From an uncultured Eubacteriales bacterium (lineage in GTDB: Bacteria; Bacillota; Clostridia; UBA1212; CASDQQ01), in contig CASDQQ010000095.1 of NCBI GenBank assembly GCA_949282945.1, forward strand, positions 1-42,944: a DNA stretch of 42,944 bases, read 5' to 3'. The notes beneath the pieces were generated by a model that worked only from the letters and a program-made list of their open reading frames with translations, had not been told where the DNA came from and searched no databases. Positions 39,731 through 42,944 of the stretch are shown here, piece by piece. The position numbers and the translations under genes were made by a program. Every line of letters begins with the position of its first letter. Positions within the stretch are counted from its first letter, which is position 1.

Positions 39731-40624
39731 TTATATATTATTAGAAATCCCGCCCATATTTTCCAGCCTGCTTTTATACTCGCTGGGGCTTATACTCATG
39801 ATCTTTCTGAATACCGAAGCAAAATGGCTATTGGAGGAAAAACCAAGTCTTTCAGATATTTCATTAAATTTCATTCCCGATTCAATAAGTCTTTTTGCCT
39901 CTTCCACCTTGGTATAATTTAAAAACTGCATCGGCGGCATTCCCACCTGCTCGCCGAACTTATGCTTAAGGCCTGAAACAGAAAGGCCGCTGGCTTTTGC
40001 CAGATCCTCAAATTCTATATTGTTATATACGTTTTTATTTATATAGTCTATGGCTAGTTTTATATCTGACGAGGGCTCGTTTTTACCATGTTTTTCATTT
40101 TCCAAAAGCTCATTTATAAAATTGAGAAAAAGTATATGGGAACCTGAACGCTCCCATTCATTTCCGTTTACAAAACCGTCCATACATCTTTCAAGTATCC
40201 TGGCGTGCTGCTTGCTCAATTTTATTTTTCTGGCATCCAGTCCGCGCAGCCTGTCATACATTATGCGGTCCAGAGGACTGGCCAATCCAAGAAAACCTTC
40301 TGCATCATCAAACTCTATCTGTATCCAAAAATACTCACCGAACCCCTGACTTTTAGTACCTACGCTGTGGGGTTCGTCAATAAATGTAACATAAGCTTCA
40401 CCTCCGGACGCAAAATAGTCTTCTGACCCAACGGAATATGTTCTCATTCCCTGAACAACATATGTTATCTCCATAGCATTTTTGTGATAATGCTGTTTCA
40501 TGGAACCTTTCTGCGTTTTTCTCATGTCATGTCCCAAAAGCCTGAGCCCTTTTATTTTCATTTCTTCATATGTAAGAATCTTTCTCTTTTCATCCCATAT
40601 ATATGAGTCTCTTAAATCCTTCAT
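39731..40624 (-). CDS. AraC family transcriptional regulator
   Basis: HYHKNAMEITYV cupin; LGFSSNSHFASVFRK. Confidence 0.9.
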   Translation of the reverse strand: MKDLRDSYIWDEKRKILTYEEMKIKGLRLLGHDMRKTQKGSMKQHYHKNAMEITYVVQGMRTYSVGSEDYFASGGEAYVTFIDEPHSVGTKSQGFGEYFWIQIEFDDAEGFLGLASPLDRIMYDRLRGLDARKIKLSKQHARILERCMDGFVNGNEWERSGSHILFLNFINELLENEKHGKNEPSSDIKLAIDYINKNVYNNIEFEDLAKASGLSVSGLKHKFGEQVGMPPMQFLNYTKVEEAKRLIESGMKFNEISERLGFSSNSHFASVFRKIMSISPSEYKSRLENMGGISNNI

Positions 40625-40692
40625 AAAATATGCCCTCTCAACCTAAATCTGCTGTTTATATATTTTATCACACACAAAAAAAAGTTCCAAAA

Positions 40693-40738
40693 CAATAGTC
40701 CGGGCAGAAACATACCCGTCTGTCTCCGTCCGGACTAT
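40693..40738 (-). terminator. Terminator hairpin
   Basis: ATAGTCCGGGC / GTCCGGACTAT. Confidence 0.6.
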
Positions 40739-40745
40739 CTAATGT

Positions 40746-42944
40746 TTAATTATATCTTTTCTTTTTTATGTTGATTGCCGCAAAGGCCGCCGCCAGTCCA
40801 AGTACAATATAAACTATCATATCGTGATCACCGGTGGTGGGATCCTCGTCTTTATCTGCCGGATCGTTCAAATCTCCTGGGTTTTCTATATTATCTTTAA
40901 ATTTAAGCCAAAATTCATACTCTGTTTTAGAGAAATCACTGTAATTTTCGACAAGAGCTTTTTGATCTGAGGTAAGCTTATCATAAATTTCTCTTGCCCT
41001 AACAAGTTCGTCTCTTATATCCCATGATATTTCTGACGGAAGCTTATTTATGATATCAATTAACTCCTGAGCCTTAATATAGTCCGCTTCCGGAAGCAGC
41101 CTAAGCCTTTTTATTTCCTTTTCAGCGTCGGTCTGACTGCTATAATTGTATATCGCGGCTTTCTCCTGCGCGCTGAGCAGATTATATTTTTGTCTGGTTA
41201 TCTTAATATAACTGTCCCATTCAAGAGTGATAAATTCCGGCAAAGCATTTATCCTTTCTATCACTTCGCTTACATTCTCAGGAAGTTCTTCTTCCACTCC
41301 GTTCAGCTTATTTATGATCTTTTTGGCTGCTAAAAGCTTATCTGAATTAATAACCGCTATCTTATATGATTCGTCAATATTTTCATATATGTCCATAAGC
41401 TCGTTTATTTCATTTTCATATTCCAATGTTATCTCATCGGGCAGCTGGTCTATCCTTTCAGTAAGCCTGGCTATCTCCTCATTTTTAAACAGCCCAAAGC
41501 TGTCCATTAATTTAACGCTTCCGTCCTCTCCTTCTTCCCACTCGTTAGCGTATCTGTAAACATTTATGACAAGCTTGTCACCGTCTACCGTCACGCCGGT
41601 AAACCACGATCCGGTACCGTTATCGATATATTTTTCGGGAAAAACATTTTCAGTGTCAAAAGTAATCTGTGGGTTATATACCTTACTTCCGGCCGCTCCC
41701 GAATCAATATATATTATTCCATCAGGATTTACGCACATATCTATTTTTTGGCCGTTATAATACTCGGATATATATACTCCTTCAGTATATTCAAAATCCT
41801 CCGTGGGCTTAGTCCTCATATACACATGGTCGTGTCCCTGGAATACCAGATCCGCTCCGCATTCATCCAATAAAGGTACAAGCTGATCTCTAAGTACTAT
41901 CACATCTTCGTTGCTGGCATGATTTCCTACAGAATATATAGCTTTATGCATAGCTACTATTTTCCATTTTGCCGAAGAATTTTTTAAAGCATTGTAAAGC
42001 CACTCATACTGAGTATCGCTTATACCCGTACTTCCGGAGGCATTGTTTACCACAAATATTTCCGCGTCCCCGTAAGTAAAGCTATAATAAGCCTTGGTTC
42101 CCGAGGAATCCTCCTTTACATCCGGTATGTTCCACAGAGAATTAAAATATGTGTTTCCGTTATCATGGTTTCCTACCGTAGGCGCTATAGACATAGCCAG
42201 CGACGCATTCTGATAATATTTGTAGAACCAATTCCACTGATTATTTGAAGAACCATTATTTACAAAGTCTCCCGTATGCAGTATAAATTCCGCGTCAGGA
42301 ATGGTTTCAACAGCCTTTTCAATTACTTCGCCGGCTTTTTTAAAGAACCATTCAGGATCGGTATTCCAACGGTCTACATCGGCGTCGGGCTGGCTGTCTG
42401 AGGCTACTATAAACTCTATAGCTCTGCTTCCACTTTCCGGAGCCGTGTATATAATGCCTATTCCTTCGCTCCAAACATTTTTAGAGCTGTCTCCCACTCT
42501 GTAAACATATTTAGAATCTGCATCAAGGCCGTCTACAAGTACCTTATTTATATATGTTCCCTCCCATGTTCCTCCATAGCTGTCCGCAGAAGAGCTATAA
42601 AGAGCGGAAGTGCCGTTTTTAAATTTCATTACCTCGGAAGAATTCCAGTCAAATACCCCGTTTTCATAAGGAAGCACCCATACTTCAGGAGTCAAAGCTT
42701 CATTTGACCACCATGATATACCCCTTTGAGAAGAGGGATCCCCGTTCATTGAGGAAACTATATTTTTGATCATTATACCGCTCTCTTCCAACTGCGCATA
42801 GTCAAACAAATGGGTTACAAGAGATACTCCCGTTTTGTCAGTTATTTTCGCAAACCAGGCGCTGTCTTCTTTTACTTCTGACAAATCTTCATAAGAAACG
42901 CTCATTCCGTTGCTTACAGTCTGTTCAGGCGCAATCGGCTCAAC
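40746..42944 (-). CDS. Sortase-anchored purple-acid-phosphatase-like metallophosphoesterase with three helical repeats; N-terminus beyond the window edge
   Basis: FN3-like YVYRVG, SDSQ, HTGDFV, GNHD, GHDH; repeats LPDEITL/LPEFITL/LPSEISW; PTTGD, TM and KKKR; the frame stays open to the window end. Confidence 0.85.
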   Translation of the reverse strand, partial: VEPIAPEQTVSNGMSVSYEDLSEVKEDSAWFAKITDKTGVSLVTHLFDYAQLEESGIMIKNIVSSMNGDPSSQRGISWWSNEALTPEVWVLPYENGVFDWNSSEVMKFKNGTSALYSSSADSYGGTWEGTYINKVLVDGLDADSKYVYRVGDSSKNVWSEGIGIIYTAPESGSRAIEFIVASDSQPDADVDRWNTDPEWFFKKAGEVIEKAVETIPDAEFILHTGDFVNNGSSNNQWNWFYKYYQNASLAMSIAPTVGNHDNGNTYFNSLWNIPDVKEDSSGTKAYYSFTYGDAEIFVVNNASGSTGISDTQYEWLYNALKNSSAKWKIVAMHKAIYSVGNHASNEDVIVLRDQLVPLLDECGADLVFQGHDHVYMRTKPTEDFEYTEGVYISEYYNGQKIDMCVNPDGIIYIDSGAAGSKVYNPQITFDTENVFPEKYIDNGTGSWFTGVTVDGDKLVINVYRYANEWEEGEDGSVKLMDSFGLFKNEEIARLTERIDQLPDEITLEYENEINELMDIYENIDESYKIAVINSDKLLAAKKIINKLNGVEEELPENVSEVIERINALPEFITLEWDSYIKITRQKYNLLSAQEKAAIYNYSSQTDAEKEIKRLRLLPEADYIKAQELIDIINKLPSEISWDIRDELVRAREIYDKLTSDQKALVENYSDFSKTEYEFWLKFKDNIENPGDLNDPADKDEDPTTGDHDMIVYIVLGLAAAFAAINIKKKRYN

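Overview
Chromosomal segment of a low-GC Firmicute, probably Clostridia-like (sigmaA promoters, T-box, CIRCE, sortase motifs, spore-type collagen). Housekeeping genes are hflX, yigZ, gatCAB, pyk, a long-chain acyl-CoA ligase, DUF368, hsp20, a polar amino-acid ABC transporter and iorAB-paaK. They are interspersed with surface carbohydrate-active proteins (GH172/DUF2961 lipoprotein, GxGYxYP lipoprotein, GH43 lipoprotein), a stand-alone fucI and three AraC regulators. Most notable: (1) an AraC-linked operon of two paralogous cell-anchored proteins of unknown family plus a GH172 lipoprotein; (2) an unannotated 37-aa Cys-containing peptide gene coupled to one of two paralogous large C-terminal wHTH regulators; (3) a circularly permuted amino-acid-binding lipoprotein; (4) a decayed accessory patch (about 20.75-23.65 kb) with a T-box-controlled MetRS2-type metG, two palindromic 70-bp repeats at a 140-bp period and a degenerate tRNA-Pro 3' half; (5) a metallophosphoesterase with a premature TAG. 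All family assignments come from motif recognition by eye; no database searches were run.
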